From: an uncultured Bacillaceae bacterium
Lineage (GTDB): Bacteria > Bacillota > Bacilli > Bacillales > Bacillaceae_B
Direction of reading: 5' to 3'
Assembly: GCA_963787015.1 (NCBI GenBank)
Contig: CAWBBM010000033.1
Location: forward strand, 44,338-108,337
Length of the DNA stretch: 64,000 nt
A program made the translations under genes and the position numbers. This document shows positions 52,108 to 62,305 of the stretch, in pieces (within the stretch, counting starts at the first letter, position 1; each line of letters begins with the position of its first letter). The notes below the pieces were generated by a model. The model was not told the origin of the DNA. It searched no databases and saw only the letters and a program-made list of their open reading frames with translations.

Positions 52108-54504
52108 TTGAGCCAGCAGGATTCTTTACAGCTGTTTGGGGATGAAGAAATCTATCTTAAAGGAAGGCATCTTGTCACCATTTTTCATAACGAGGAAAAT
52201 CTGTATTCGGTGGTGCGGATACGGGTGGACGAAACGAATGATTCATATGAAGACAAAGAAGCTGTCGTAACCGGGAATTTCCCTAAAATTCACGAAGATG
52301 AGACCTATATATTTTATGGAAGGTTCCAGGAGCATCCGAAGTTTGGCATGCAGTTTCATGCGAAACACTTCAAGAAAGAAATTCCCCAGACGACTCAAGG
52401 TGTCGTCCATTATTTATCAAGTGATTTATTCAAAGGAATCGGAAAGAAAACAGCTGAGAAGATTGTGGAACATATCGGGGAAAATGCCATTAGCAAAATC
52501 CTCGAAAATCCTAGCCTCTTAGATGAAATTCCGAAACTTCCAAAAGAAAAGGCGAAAAGTATTTATGATACGTTAGCCGAGCATCAAGGCTTGGAGCGGG
52601 TCATGATCATGCTGAATGATTTAGGGTTCGGTCCCCAGATTTCCATGAAGGTCTATCAGGCCTATAAAGAGCAGGCACTTGAGATCATTCAAAATAATCC
52701 CTATAAGCTTGTCGAGGATATAGAAGGGATCGGTTTTACCCGTGCTGATGAATTAGGCTCTAAAATTGGGCTGACAGGCAGTCACCCTGACAGGATTAAA
52801 GCAGGCTGTCTGTATACCCTTGAACAAGTTTGCGTCAAGCAGGGGCATGTATATCTTGAAGCGGAAGAGCTCATTATCACGGTAAAGGAGCTTCTGGAAA
52901 AAAGCCAGCCTGAGAAAATCGATTACACGGAAATATCGAGTCAATTAGTTTCCTTGGAGGAAGAAAGTAAAGTCGTTGGGGAAGGGACAAAGGTGTATGT
53001 TCCCTCTCTCTATTTCTCTGAAAAAGGAATCGTGACGAATATCGAAATGATCTTATCTCAAACCCAGTATAAAGATCAATTTCCTCAATCCGAATTCCTT
53101 CTGTCACTGGGAGCGCTCGAGGACCGGCTGGGGGTTCAATATGCACCGTCTCAAAAGGAAGCGATCGAAACCGCATTGATGTCTCCCATGCTCCTTCTAA
53201 CCGGAGGACCGGGTACAGGGAAAACAACGGTCATTCAGGGAATCGTTGAGCTGTTTGCTGATTTACATGGCTGTTCATTGGACCCTAAGGATTACAAGGA
53301 TGAGCCATTCCCGGTATTGTTAACCGCCCCTACTGGTAGAGCAGCGAAACGGATGACTGAATCTACAGGACTTCCTGCCATGACAATCCATCGACTCTTA
53401 GGCTGGAATGGTCAGGAAGGGTTCCAAAGTGATGAAGAACGTGCGATAGAAGGAAAGCTATTGATCGTAGATGAAGTATCAATGGTCGATACCTGGCTTG
53501 CCCATCAATTGTTAAAAGCTTTGCCTGAGGATATTCAGGTCATATTTGTCGGAGATGAAGATCAATTGCCTTCTGTCGGCCCTGGGCAGGTACTAAAAGA
53601 CCTGTTGAAGTCGGAAGTTGTGCCGACAGTCAGGTTAACAGACATATATAGACAAGAAGAGGGATCATCCATCATTGAACTCGCTCACTCAATGAAAAAG
53701 GGACAGGTTCCTGCAGATTTAACTAAACCGCAGAAAGATCGATCCTTCTTTCCATGCAGGACCAATCAGATATCAGAAGTGGTTCAAAAAATTGTCGAGA
53801 ACGCCAAGAAAAAAGGATATTCCCCAAAGGATATACAGGTACTTGCTCCCATGTATCGTGGCCCGGCCGGTATTGATCGATTGAATGAACTTGTCCAGGA
53901 AATCTTTAATAGCAATGACGGCACCCGGAAAGAGATCGCATTTGGAGATGTGAAATATCGAATTGGGGATAAAGTGCTTCAACTTGTCAATCAACCGGAA
54001 AACAATGTCTTCAATGGGGACATCGGTGAAATCGTTTCAATCTTTTATGCAAAGGAAAACACCGAGAAGCAAGACATGATCATCGTGTCATACGAAGGGA
54101 ACGAGGTCACATATACCCGGCAGGATCTCATGCAAATCACCCACGCGTATTGTTGTTCAATCCATAAGTCACAAGGCAGTGAATTTCCGATTGTGATCTT
54201 ACCTGTTGTAAAGAGCTATTATCGTATGCTGAGAAGGAATCTGCTATACACGGCCATCACGAGAAGCAAGCAGTTCCTCATTCTTTGTGGTGAGCTGGAT
54301 GCATTCAGACTTGGTGTTGAGAGGGAAGACGACTTTCTTCGCAAGACAAGCCTGAGTGAAAAGCTGAGAAATTTACTATATGGTGATAGTACCGTGGAAA
54401 GAGATTCTTCTGGTGAGGATGTCCCGATAGAGGAATTCTTGCTGAATGAAGATCCAATGATAGGAATGGAAGGCATAAGCCCCTTTGATTTTATGAAAGC
54501 ATAA
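52108..54504 (+). CDS. recD2: ATP-dependent RecD-like DNA helicase RecD2 (YrrC)
   Basis: SF1B motifs LLTGGPGTGKTT, LIVDEVSMVD, GDEDQLPSVGPG and CCSIHKSQGSEF. Confidence 0.95.
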   Translation: MSQQDSLQLFGDEEIYLKGRHLVTIFHNEENLYSVVRIRVDETNDSYEDKEAVVTGNFPKIHEDETYIFYGRFQEHPKFGMQFHAKHFKKEIPQTTQGVVHYLSSDLFKGIGKKTAEKIVEHIGENAISKILENPSLLDEIPKLPKEKAKSIYDTLAEHQGLERVMIMLNDLGFGPQISMKVYQAYKEQALEIIQNNPYKLVEDIEGIGFTRADELGSKIGLTGSHPDRIKAGCLYTLEQVCVKQGHVYLEAEELIITVKELLEKSQPEKIDYTEISSQLVSLEEESKVVGEGTKVYVPSLYFSEKGIVTNIEMILSQTQYKDQFPQSEFLLSLGALEDRLGVQYAPSQKEAIETALMSPMLLLTGGPGTGKTTVIQGIVELFADLHGCSLDPKDYKDEPFPVLLTAPTGRAAKRMTESTGLPAMTIHRLLGWNGQEGFQSDEERAIEGKLLIVDEVSMVDTWLAHQLLKALPEDIQVIFVGDEDQLPSVGPGQVLKDLLKSEVVPTVRLTDIYRQEEGSSIIELAHSMKKGQVPADLTKPQKDRSFFPCRTNQISEVVQKIVENAKKKGYSPKDIQVLAPMYRGPAGIDRLNELVQEIFNSNDGTRKEIAFGDVKYRIGDKVLQLVNQPENNVFNGDIGEIVSIFYAKENTEKQDMIIVSYEGNEVTYTRQDLMQITHAYCCSIHKSQGSEFPIVILPVVKSYYRMLRRNLLYTAITRSKQFLILCGELDAFRLGVEREDDFLRKTSLSEKLRNLLYGDSTVERDSSGEDVPIEEFLLNEDPMIGMEGISPFDFMKA

Positions 54505-54553
54505 GGTTAACGAATGAAGGGTTACTGAACCATTCATTCGTTAACCTTTTTTT
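54505..54553 (+). terminator. recD2 terminator
   Basis: 14-bp perfect stem GGTTAACGAATGAA / TTCATTCGTTAACC plus T7. Confidence 0.9.
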
Positions 54554-54852
54554 GATGGGTTTGATTTGAAGGTTGAATGAAGATGGAATAAGAGGGATTC
54601 ACAATGAGCTGAACAAGATCAACAGCTATTTCCGTTTAATACATAACAAGTAACGCTGAAATATTCATTGGGTGTCATGGAAAAGGTTACTCCTTATGAA
54701 ATCTTGAAAATATCCCACACTATATAAGAACGGTGATGACACATCATCGTTTGTGCGTCGATTCCCATTAAATAAGTATAAAACTGGCTACAATTGGACA
54801 TGATGGTAGGGAATAATCACCATTACTGGTGTAACCTGAGGTGAACGTACCG

Positions 54853-55038
54853 ATGAAGTGTCCAAATTGTCAGAGCAAAGATATAGGGAAGATCGGCATC
54901 AACCAATATTACTGTTGGGGTTGTTATATCGAGCTTACCTTGTCAAAAGGAGTCATTCATACTCATCAGGTAGAAGAGGATGGATCGTTAAGCTCCTTAG
55001 ACGACTTGTTTGATGAGGAAGAGCGCCGACTAAGCTAG
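54853..55038 (+). CDS. Small zinc-ribbon-like protein (61 aa, CxxC..CxxC, acidic tail)
   Basis: MKCPNCQSKDIGKIGINQYYCWGCYIEL.. ATG 54853 lies 9 nt after GAGGTGA. Confidence 0.6.
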   Translation: MKCPNCQSKDIGKIGINQYYCWGCYIELTLSKGVIHTHQVEEDGSLSSLDDLFDEEERRLS

Positions 55039-55053
55039 AAAGAGGTGTCTTTC

Positions 55054-55185
55054 TTGAATAAAACATTTGCATCCATCGCGGGCTTCGGAGCAGGTATCGC
55101 TGCTTCCATCTATTCACAAAGATCCAATATGATGAGCCAAAGACAAATGAAACGAATTCGTAAACAAGTAAAGAAACTTTTTTAG
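55054..55185 (+). CDS. Small ORF, 43 aa, one hydrophobic segment plus a basic tail; not in the ORF track
   Basis: TTG 55054 lies 7 nt after AAGAGGTG. Product MNKTFASIAGFGAGIAASIYSQRSNMMSQRQMKRIRKQVKKLF*. It is followed directly by a terminator. Confidence 0.55.
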   Translation: MNKTFASIAGFGAGIAASIYSQRSNMMSQRQMKRIRKQVKKLF

Positions 55186-55193
55186 CAATCAAT

Positions 55194-55230
55194 AAGAAGA
55201 CTGGCTCATTTATGGGTCAGTCTTCTTTTT
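55194..55230 (+). terminator. Terminator after the two small ORFs
   Basis: AAGAAGACTG (55194..55203) pairs with CAGTCTTCTT (55218..55227), followed by a T-run. Confidence 0.85.
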
Positions 55231-55236
55231 ATAAAA

Positions 55237-55325
55237 GGCTCTTTTCGCAAATATTATTGCTATCTAACATGAACATGGTAGCTGCCATGGTTATTCAATG
55301 AGTGTGTGCTTTAGATAGCGAGGGG
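55237..55325 (+). repeat. Post-terminator repeat module, copy 2 (homologous to 31412..31498)
   Basis: See 31412..31498. In this copy the module runs straight into array C. Confidence 0.8.
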
Positions 55326-55451
55326 GACGGCAATAAATAATTGGGTGTATTTGTTATTAGACGCATAAAATGAAAATATGACGCAATAACCATTGATTTT
55401 GACGCATAAAATAAAAAAATGACGCAATAACTTCCGATTTTGACGCAATAA
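55326..55451. repeat. Phased array C: GACGCA(A)TAA words at a 20-21 bp period (five regular copies plus one offset copy)
   Basis: GACG starts are at 55326 (GACGGCAATAA), 55360, 55380, 55401, 55421 and 55442. GACGCATAAAAT and GACGCAATAA variants alternate, giving a 41-bp super-repeat. Confidence 0.9.
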
Positions 55452-55644
55452 ATACCAGATGGACAAAAATGCCCCTCCACTTTCGCTTCCAACAAGCATA
55501 ATCCCTTTCATGAATGAGCAGTTGCATTCTGTAACTCACCCTTTTTCACTTGAAACGGACTAAAGAATCGGAATCCCATATTTGATCAGATGAATAAAAC
55601 CACCTCCTATCTTCGAACAATATAGAGACAAGGAGGTGTCCACA

Positions 55645-56721
55645 ATGGAAAAGAGGCCCTATGCCAAATGGATATACAATCTTTCAATAGCCCTGCTAGC
55701 TGCATTATTCCTTTATGTTCTCTATTTATTAAAACCTGTATGGCATCCGGTATTAGTGGTCTTCTTGTTTTCCCTGCTTCCGTTCTTAATAGGAGGATTC
55801 ATTGCATACCTGCTGCATCCAGTAGTGGAAAAAATACACGAAGCAGGCATTCATAGGGGAATAGCCATCATGCTTATCTATCTTCTATTCTTTGGAGGAT
55901 TGGGTTATGCAGTCTATAAAGGAACCCCTGCCATCATTCATCAGCTGAAAGATTTATCGGAGAATGCCCCTCTATTTACGGAGCAGTACCAAGGGTGGCT
56001 GAAGGTTGTGCAGAGCGAGACGTCCACATGGCCGGACGGGATCCAGTCACAGCTGGATGAAAGAATCGACGGACTGGAAGCGTGGGTGACTGGAATTGTG
56101 GCTGTAGTACTGGCAACGGTCATGAAATTCATGAACAGTCTTCTGTTGGTTGCGATCATTCCTTTCGTATCCTTTTATTTATTGAAGGATATGACGAAAG
56201 TGAAGGCATTCATGTGGCATCTCACTCCGAGACGTTGGAGGCATAGCGCGATTTCATTTACAAAGGATGTGGATGAATCCCTCGGTGGATACATCCGGGG
56301 GCAGTTGTTGGTCTGTTTGATCATCGGCGGTATTTCGGCTGTTGCCCTATGGTTGATCGGTATGAAATATCCCTTGATCCTTGGCTTGATCATAGGTGTG
56401 ACGAATGTAATCCCGTATTTCGGTCCGATTATCGGGGCCATTCCGGCAGTGCTTGTCGCCAGTACCATCTCCGTCAATATAGTGATGTATGTCGTCATCA
56501 TGGTGGTGGTCCTTCAGTTTTTAGAAGGGAATATATTATCCCCCCTTATCGTCGGGAAAAGCCTTCACATGCATCCCTTGTTCATCATGGGAGCACTGAT
56601 TCTGGGCGGAGAGGTCGGAGGGGTGATCGGGATGATCGTGGCAGTGCCTTTTTTGGCAGTGGTAAAGGTAGCCATCTTACATGGACGTACTCATTTTCTT
56701 CATGCAATGAAGGAAGATTGA
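55645..56721 (+). CDS. yrrI: AI-2E family transporter (PerM/YrrI-like)
   Basis: 8-TM protein with the motif NVIPYFGPIIGAIPAV. ATG 55645 follows AAGGAGGTG. Confidence 0.88.
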   Translation: MEKRPYAKWIYNLSIALLAALFLYVLYLLKPVWHPVLVVFLFSLLPFLIGGFIAYLLHPVVEKIHEAGIHRGIAIMLIYLLFFGGLGYAVYKGTPAIIHQLKDLSENAPLFTEQYQGWLKVVQSETSTWPDGIQSQLDERIDGLEAWVTGIVAVVLATVMKFMNSLLLVAIIPFVSFYLLKDMTKVKAFMWHLTPRRWRHSAISFTKDVDESLGGYIRGQLLVCLIIGGISAVALWLIGMKYPLILGLIIGVTNVIPYFGPIIGAIPAVLVASTISVNIVMYVVIMVVVLQFLEGNILSPLIVGKSLHMHPLFIMGALILGGEVGGVIGMIVAVPFLAVVKVAILHGRTHFLHAMKED

Positions 56722-56741
56722 TGGAAAAATAAGAATCAACA

Positions 56742-56770
56742 TTGACAAATACAGTGAATATTTCTATAAT
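56742..56770 (+). promoter_or_regulatory. Consensus sigma-A promoter of the alaS leader
   Basis: TTGACA (56742..56747), 17 nt spacer, TATAAT (56765..56770). Confidence 0.7.
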
Positions 56771-56777
56771 CCAACTT

Positions 56778-57050
56778 ATACAAGTAATCGTATAGCATGA
56801 AAGCTGTGAAGGATCGAGTAGGATGTAGTCCATTTTTCAGAGAGAAATCCCCCAGGCTGAAAGGGAATTCAAATGAAGGATATCCGAATGCTAATCCTGA
56901 GTGCAGGTAAAGCCTGCCGTCTAGCCGCGTTAAGGTGTTGTTGAGGGATGAACAATTCGAAAAAGGGTAACAATCCTTTTCATTGTTCATAACCAGGGTG
57001 GTACCGCGAGAACAGCTCTCGTCCCTGTTTTGGGATGAGGGCTTTTTTGT
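56778..57050 (+). promoter_or_regulatory. T-box riboswitch leader of alaS (specifier GCU)
   Basis: Specifier-loop GAAU-GCU-A (GCT at 56890..56892). T-box AACCAGGGTGGTACCGCG (56991..57008). Terminator CTCGTCCC-TGTTTT-GGGATGAG followed by GGC and T6. Confidence 0.9.
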
Positions 57051-57089
57051 ATTCTTTTTTAACCATACATATAAAGGAGGAAGCTTCAA

Positions 57090-59723
57090 ATGAACAAATT
57101 AACAGGTGCAGAAATTCGTCAGAAGTTTTTAGATTTCTTTCAAGAGAAAGGACATGGTGTGGAACCAAGTGCCTCATTGGTGCCCCATGAAGATCCGTCC
57201 CTATTATGGATCAATAGTGGTGTAGCGACATTAAAGAAATATTTTGACGGGCGTGTCATCCCCAAAAATCCAAGAATCGTGAATGCACAAAAGTCGATTC
57301 GTACAAATGACATTGAAAACGTTGGGCAAACAGCCCGTCATCATACGTTCTTCGAGATGCTTGGAAACTTTTCGATTGGGGATTATTTTAAAGTAGAAGC
57401 GATTGAATGGGCTTGGGAGTTCTTGACCGATGAGAAATGGGTAGGCTTCGATCCTGAAAAGCTTTCTGTCACCATTCACCCGGAAGACCATGAAGCATTT
57501 GATATCTGGAATAAAAAAGTGGGTGTCCCTGCTGAGCGCATCATCCGCATTGAAGGAAACTTCTGGGATATCGGGGAAGGTCCAAGTGGTCCGAATACAG
57601 AGATCTTCTACGATCGTGGACCTGAATATGGAGACAATCCAGAAGACCCTGAATTATATCCAGGGGGAGAAAATGATCGTTACTTGGAAGTGTGGAATCT
57701 TGTGTTCTCAGAATTCAACCATAATCCTGACGGAACATATACTCCGCTTCCTAAGAAGAACATTGATACAGGGATGGGCCTTGAACGGATGGCGTGTGTC
57801 GTGCAAGAAGTACCAACAAACTTTGATACAGACCTTTTTATGCCGATCATTTCGGCGACGGAAGAAATATCCGGTAAGACATATGGAAAAGGCAGTGGAA
57901 ATGATGTAGCGTTCAAAGTCATTGCTGACCATATCAGAACAGTTGCCTTTGCGATCGGTGATGGGGCACTTCCATCCAACGAAGGTCGTGGTTATGTACT
58001 AAGAAGACTGCTTCGTCGTGCGGTACGTTTTGCAAAGCAAATTGAAATTAATCGTCCGTTCATGTACGAATTGGTTCCAGTCGTTTCTGAAATCATGGTG
58101 GATTTCTATCCAGAAGTGAAACAAAAAGCTGAGTTTATTCAAAAAGTAGTGAAAAATGAAGAAGACCGCTTCCATGAAACATTAAACGAAGGATTGACAA
58201 TTCTTTCTTCCATCATCAAGGTTCAAAAATCTGCCGGAAGTAACGTGATACCCGGTGAAGATGTCTTCCGTCTGTATGATACGTATGGATTCCCTGTCGA
58301 ATTAACGGAAGAATATGCAGAAGAAGAAGGGCTAACAGTAGATCATGCAGGCTTTGAAACAGAGATGGAAGGTCAGCGTGAAAGAGCGAGATCGGCTCGT
58401 CAGGATGTAGGGAGCATGCAGGTGCAAGGCGGAATTCTTAGCGACATTACGGTTGAAAGTAGTTTCGTAGGATACGACACATTGGAGAGCGCAGCAACGA
58501 TTCTTGAATTATTAGTCGACAATGAACGCCAGCCTAAAGTGGATAAAGGCCAGAAATGTCAATTCATTCTGGATCAAACACCGTTCTATGCGGAAAGTGG
58601 TGGACAAATCGGTGACAAAGGACATATTGAAGCAGATGGTGTGAAAGTGTTTGTGACGAGCGTAAAGAAAGCACCAAATGGACAAAATCTTCATTCTGCC
58701 ATCGTAGAAGAAGGAACTTTGGAGCAGCATGCACAAGTGCTTGCGAAGGTTTCCCGGGACTCGAGAACGAAAGTGGAGAAAAACCATACAGCGACTCACA
58801 TCCTTCATCAAGCATTAAAAGATGTTCTTGGAGATCATGTGAACCAGGCAGGCTCCCTAGTAGAACCAGATCGACTGCGTTTTGACTTCTCTCATTTTGG
58901 ATCTGTTTCCGCTGAAGAGATTGATCGCATTGAAACCATCGTCAACGAAAAGGTGTGGCAGGCTATTTCAGTGAACACGGCCCTTAAATCATTATCAGAG
59001 GCAAAAGCGATGGGAGCTATGGCTTTATTCGGAGAGAAATACGGGGATGAAGTAAGGGTTGTATCCATTGGTGAATATAGCCTGGAGCTTTGCGGTGGCT
59101 GCCACGTATCAAATACATCCGAAATCGGCTTATTTAAGATCCTATCTGAAAGCGGGATTGGAGCAGGAACGAGAAGGATTGAAGCTGTGACTGCAGAGAA
59201 TGCATATCAAGTATTAAATGATCAGGTTTCTCAATTGAAGGAAGTTGCGGCTAGACTTAAATCGAATCCTAAAGAAGTTGTCAATCGCGTCGACTCTTTA
59301 TTACTGGAGATGAAAGAGCTCCAAAGAGAAAATGAATCATTATCAGCAAAGTTGTCTAACATAGAAGCAGGCAGCTTAACGGATCAAGTTAAGGTCATTG
59401 ACGGTGTGAATGTTCTTTCTGCCAAAGTGGCAGCTGGAGATAGCAACGGATTACGATCCATGATGGACGACCTGAAACAGAAACTGGGCTCAGGTGTAAT
59501 CGTATTGGCAACAACTGGAGAGGACAAAGTCACAATCATTGCAGGAGTTACTGCTGACTTAGTCGAAAAAGGATATCATGCTGGAAAACTGGTTAAAGAA
59601 GTCGCTTCACGATGTGGTGGAGGGGGCGGTGGCCGTCCGGACATGGCTCAAGCTGGTGGTAAACAACCGGAAAAAGTGGAAGAAGCCCTTCATTTTGTAG
59701 AAGAATGGGTCAAATCCATTTAA
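57090..59723 (+). CDS. alaS: Alanine--tRNA ligase
   Basis: 877 aa. ..[10 protein letters not shown].., the HTATH editing-domain motif and a C-terminal [14 protein letters not shown]. Confidence 0.97.
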   Translation: MNKLTGAEIRQKFLDFFQEKGHGVEPSASLVPHEDPSLLWINSGVATLKKYFDGRVIPKNPRIVNAQKSIRTNDIENVGQTARHHTFFEMLGNFSIGDYFKVEAIEWAWEFLTDEKWVGFDPEKLSVTIHPEDHEAFDIWNKKVGVPAERIIRIEGNFWDIGEGPSGPNTEIFYDRGPEYGDNPEDPELYPGGENDRYLEVWNLVFSEFNHNPDGTYTPLPKKNIDTGMGLERMACVVQEVPTNFDTDLFMPIISATEEISGKTYGKGSGNDVAFKVIADHIRTVAFAIGDGALPSNEGRGYVLRRLLRRAVRFAKQIEINRPFMYELVPVVSEIMVDFYPEVKQKAEFIQKVVKNEEDRFHETLNEGLTILSSIIKVQKSAGSNVIPGEDVFRLYDTYGFPVELTEEYAEEEGLTVDHAGFETEMEGQRERARSARQDVGSMQVQGGILSDITVESSFVGYDTLESAATILELLVDNERQPKVDKGQKCQFILDQTPFYAESGGQIGDKGHIEADGVKVFVTSVKKAPNGQNLHSAIVEEGTLEQHAQVLAKVSRDSRTKVEKNHTATHILHQALKDVLGDHVNQAGSLVEPDRLRFDFSHFGSVSAEEIDRIETIVNEKVWQAISVNTALKSLSEAKAMGAMALFGEKYGDEVRVVSIGEYSLELCGGCHVSNTSEIGLFKILSESGIGAGTRRIEAVTAENAYQVLNDQVSQLKEVAARLKSNPKEVVNRVDSLLLEMKELQRENESLSAKLSNIEAGSLTDQVKVIDGVNVLSAKVAAGDSNGLRSMMDDLKQKLGSGVIVLATTGEDKVTIIAGVTADLVEKGYHAGKLVKEVASRCGGGGGGRPDMAQAGGKQPEKVEEALHFVEEWVKSI

Positions 59724-59806
59724 CTCCTTGTGAAAGTGGTGTACAATGTAGGTAACGATTAACAATTCGGTTGTCAAAAAGACAAGCCTAAAGAGAGGTG
59801 CTAAAA

Positions 59807-60073
59807 ATGAGTTCTTTTGACAAAACGATGCGGTTTGATTTTTCTGAGGAGCCATTCGAACATGATGTAAGGGAAGTACTCTTACAGGTTTATAATGCTT
59901 TGCAGGAAAAAGGCTACAATCCGATCAATCAAATCGTAGGGTACTTATTATCTGGAGATCCTGCTTACATTCCAAGACATCAAGATGCCAGAAATATCAT
60001 CCGCCGTTTAGAGCGTGATGAGATCATCGAAGAATTAGTCAAATCGTATTTGAAACAGCACAAAGAGGGATAA
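59807..60073 (+). CDS. ireB: IreB-family regulatory phosphoprotein (UPF0297; YrzL)
   Basis: [43 protein letters not shown].. is the family signature. Confidence 0.9.
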   Translation: MSSFDKTMRFDFSEEPFEHDVREVLLQVYNALQEKGYNPINQIVGYLLSGDPAYIPRHQDARNIIRRLERDEIIEELVKSYLKQHKEG

Positions 60074-60076
60074 TAC

Positions 60077-60493
60077 ATGCGTGTAATGGGTTTAGATGTT
60101 GGCTCTAAAACAGTGGGAGTCGCAATCAGCGACGAACTTGGCTGGACAGCTCAAGGAATTGAAACGATTAAGATCGACGAAGATCATGGTGTGTTCCGTA
60201 TGGATCGAATAAAGGAGCTTGCCGATGAGTACCAGGTGGAAACGGTTGTCGTTGGAATGCCTAAAAACATGAACAACACCATCGGTCCACGTGGTGAAGC
60301 GTCTATTGCTTATGGAGATTTAATTCTTCAAGAGTTATCCCTTCCCGTTAAATATTGGGATGAAAGATTGACCACGATGGCTGCTGAAAGAGTCCTTTTA
60401 GAAGCCGATGTAAGTAGGAAGAAGCGAAAGAAAGTAATTGATAAAATGGCTGCAATGATGATCCTTCAAGGATTTCTTGACAGCCAAAAATGA
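60077..60493 (+). CDS. ruvX: Putative pre-16S rRNA nuclease / Holliday-junction-resolvase-like RuvX (YrrK/YqgF)
   Basis: [19 protein letters not shown].. is the YqgF N-terminal motif. Confidence 0.93.
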   Translation: MRVMGLDVGSKTVGVAISDELGWTAQGIETIKIDEDHGVFRMDRIKELADEYQVETVVVGMPKNMNNTIGPRGEASIAYGDLILQELSLPVKYWDERLTTMAAERVLLEADVSRKKRKKVIDKMAAMMILQGFLDSQK

Positions 60494-60507
60494 TGAGGTG
60501 AATGTTC

Positions 60508-60798
60508 ATGGAACACGGAGAAAAACAAATTACAGTAGTTGACGAACAAGGAAGTGAGCAATTATGCGAGGTCCTTTTCACATTTGAATCAGATAAATTC
60601 GGAAAGTCTTATGTTCTTTACTATCCGTTAGGAGCAGATGAGAACGACGAAGAAGAAATCGAAATTCATGCATCAGCATTCATGCCTGGTGACGAAGGTC
60701 AAGAAGGCGAATTAAAGCCGATTGAAACAGAAGAAGAGTGGGACATGATCGAAGAGATGTTAAACACTTTCTTAGATGAAGAAGAAGACGCTGAATAA
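60508..60798 (+). CDS. yrzB: DUF1292 protein (YrzB)
   Basis: ..[33 protein letters not shown].. matches B. subtilis YrzB. ATG 60508 lies 7 nt after GAGGTG. Confidence 0.88.
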   Translation: MEHGEKQITVVDEQGSEQLCEVLFTFESDKFGKSYVLYYPLGADENDEEEIEIHASAFMPGDEGQEGELKPIETEEEWDMIEEMLNTFLDEEEDAE

Positions 60799-60819
60799 GC
60801 AGAACGTATAGCACCATAT

Positions 60820-60877
60820 GAAACAGGGACCGCAAAAAGGGGCGAAAAATTCACCCCTTTTTGCAGGTCCCTGTTTC
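60820..60877. terminator. Nested hairpin downstream of yrzB (inner GGGG/CCCC terminator, outer 12-bp extension)
   Basis: GAAACAGGGACC..AAAAAGGGG-CGAAAAATTCA-CCCCTTTTT..GGTCCCTGTTTC. Confidence 0.6.
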
Positions 60878-60970
60878 ACTTTGTGAGAAATATTGTATAA
60901 TAGTGGAGATGATGTCGAAATATGTACAACGGATAGCCCGCTTTTTTGCTCGAAAGGGGGAAATGTAGCT

Positions 60971-62104
60971 TTGGAAGAAAAGAAAAATATAAAAGAGACA
61001 TTGATGAAAAAATTGCTGGAAAGACAAGAGGAGGCAAAAGTCATTAGAAAAATAGTAGGCCTTGTCATACTTTGTCTTGTCATTGTCATAGGGGGAACTG
61101 CGATAGGGGGATACCTTTATGTGAATTCGGCTCTGAAACCGGTTGACCCTGACAATTCAAAATCAGTAAAAGTGGAAATACCAATAGGTTCCGGGGTGAC
61201 CAGTATCGGAAATATCCTGGAGGAAAAAGGGATCGTGAAAAACTCAACTGTCTTTAAATATTATGTCAAATTCAACAATGAAGCAGGATTCCAGGCAGGC
61301 TCTTATGATTTAACGCCTTCGATGACCTTGAATGAAATTGTCAACAGCTTAAAGACAGGTAAGGTAATGAGAAAAGCGGAATTTAAGATCACCGTTCCAG
61401 AGGGACTTCAATTAGATCAAATCGCAGAAATCATTGCTGATAGGTCTCCATATAAACAAGAAGAAATAGAGACGAAATTAAACGATAAGAAATGGCTCGA
61501 GCAATTAAAAGAGGAATATCCGGATCTGATTACTGATGAAATTCTAAAAAAAGAAATTAAGCACCCGTTGGAAGGATATCTATATCCTGCCACGTATCCT
61601 TTTTATGAGAAAAAGCCTTCTTTAGACACCATTTTAAAGAAAATGATTGCACAGACGAACGAGGTATTGGCTCAGTACCAGGAGGCCATGTCTGCAAATG
61701 ATTATACACCTCATGAACTTCTCACCCTCTCTTCCCTTATTGAAGAAGAAGCAACCGAAAAAGCGGACAGAGGAAAGATTTCCAGTGTATTCTATAACCG
61801 TATGGAGAATGATATGCCTCTTCAAACGGATCCAACCGTGCTTTATGCACTAGGTGAGCATAAAGGGAAAACGGTATACAAAGATCTTGAAGTGGATTCA
61901 CCTTATAACACGTATCGGGTGAAGGGACTGCCACCAGGTCCGATCGCGAATGCCGGGGTGTCTTCGATTGAAGCAGCCTTGCAACCTGAAGATACAGAGT
62001 ATTATTATTTCCTGGCCGCTTCTAATGGATCAGTATATTATTCTGAAACGTTGGATGAGCATAACGAGAAAAAAGAGAAGTATATTACAAACAAAGAAGA
62101 ATAG
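60971..62104 (+). CDS. mltG: Endolytic murein transglycosylase MltG (YrrL; YceG-like)
   Basis: ..HPLEGYLYPATYPF.., LIEEEATEKADR and PLQTDPTVLYA are YceG motifs. The start is uncertain: TTG 60971 lies 9 nt after GGGGGA, and ATG 61006 is an alternative. The track start 60893 is unlikely. Confidence 0.88.
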   Translation: MEEKKNIKETLMKKLLERQEEAKVIRKIVGLVILCLVIVIGGTAIGGYLYVNSALKPVDPDNSKSVKVEIPIGSGVTSIGNILEEKGIVKNSTVFKYYVKFNNEAGFQAGSYDLTPSMTLNEIVNSLKTGKVMRKAEFKITVPEGLQLDQIAEIIADRSPYKQEEIETKLNDKKWLEQLKEEYPDLITDEILKKEIKHPLEGYLYPATYPFYEKKPSLDTILKKMIAQTNEVLAQYQEAMSANDYTPHELLTLSSLIEEEATEKADRGKISSVFYNRMENDMPLQTDPTVLYALGEHKGKTVYKDLEVDSPYNTYRVKGLPPGPIANAGVSSIEAALQPEDTEYYYFLAASNGSVYYSETLDEHNEKKEKYITNKEE

Positions 62105-62114
62105 TCTGATAAGG

Positions 62115-62146
62115 AGAGGAAAGAAACATTCGCTTTCCTCTTTTTT
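62115..62146 (+). terminator. mltG terminator
   Basis: AGAGGAAAG (62115..62123) pairs with CTTTCCTCT (62133..62141), followed by a T-run. Confidence 0.8.
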
Positions 62147-62305
62147 ATGTGATAAAATAGTACAAGTTATTTTTATATTCGGGCGTTCTCTTTATGAAGA
62201 GAGCTGAGGAGTAGAAAGCTTATTGTGGCTTTCTTCTTTTCATGTTGTCTAAGAAAGAATCGTCTTATTTAAGACCAAGTACGGTCATGATCGTGAGGCT
62301 TATAT

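Noticed and set aside
55295-55539. Three overlapping minus-strand ORFs (60-66 aa) across array C
   Set aside because: All three are translations of the periodic repeat. They have similar repetitive peptides in different frames and no SD.
56736-57177. Minus-strand ORFs of 117 aa and 65 aa upstream of and over the alaS start
   Set aside because: They lie antisense to a textbook T-box leader (promoter, specifier, T-box, terminator) and to the alaS 5' end.
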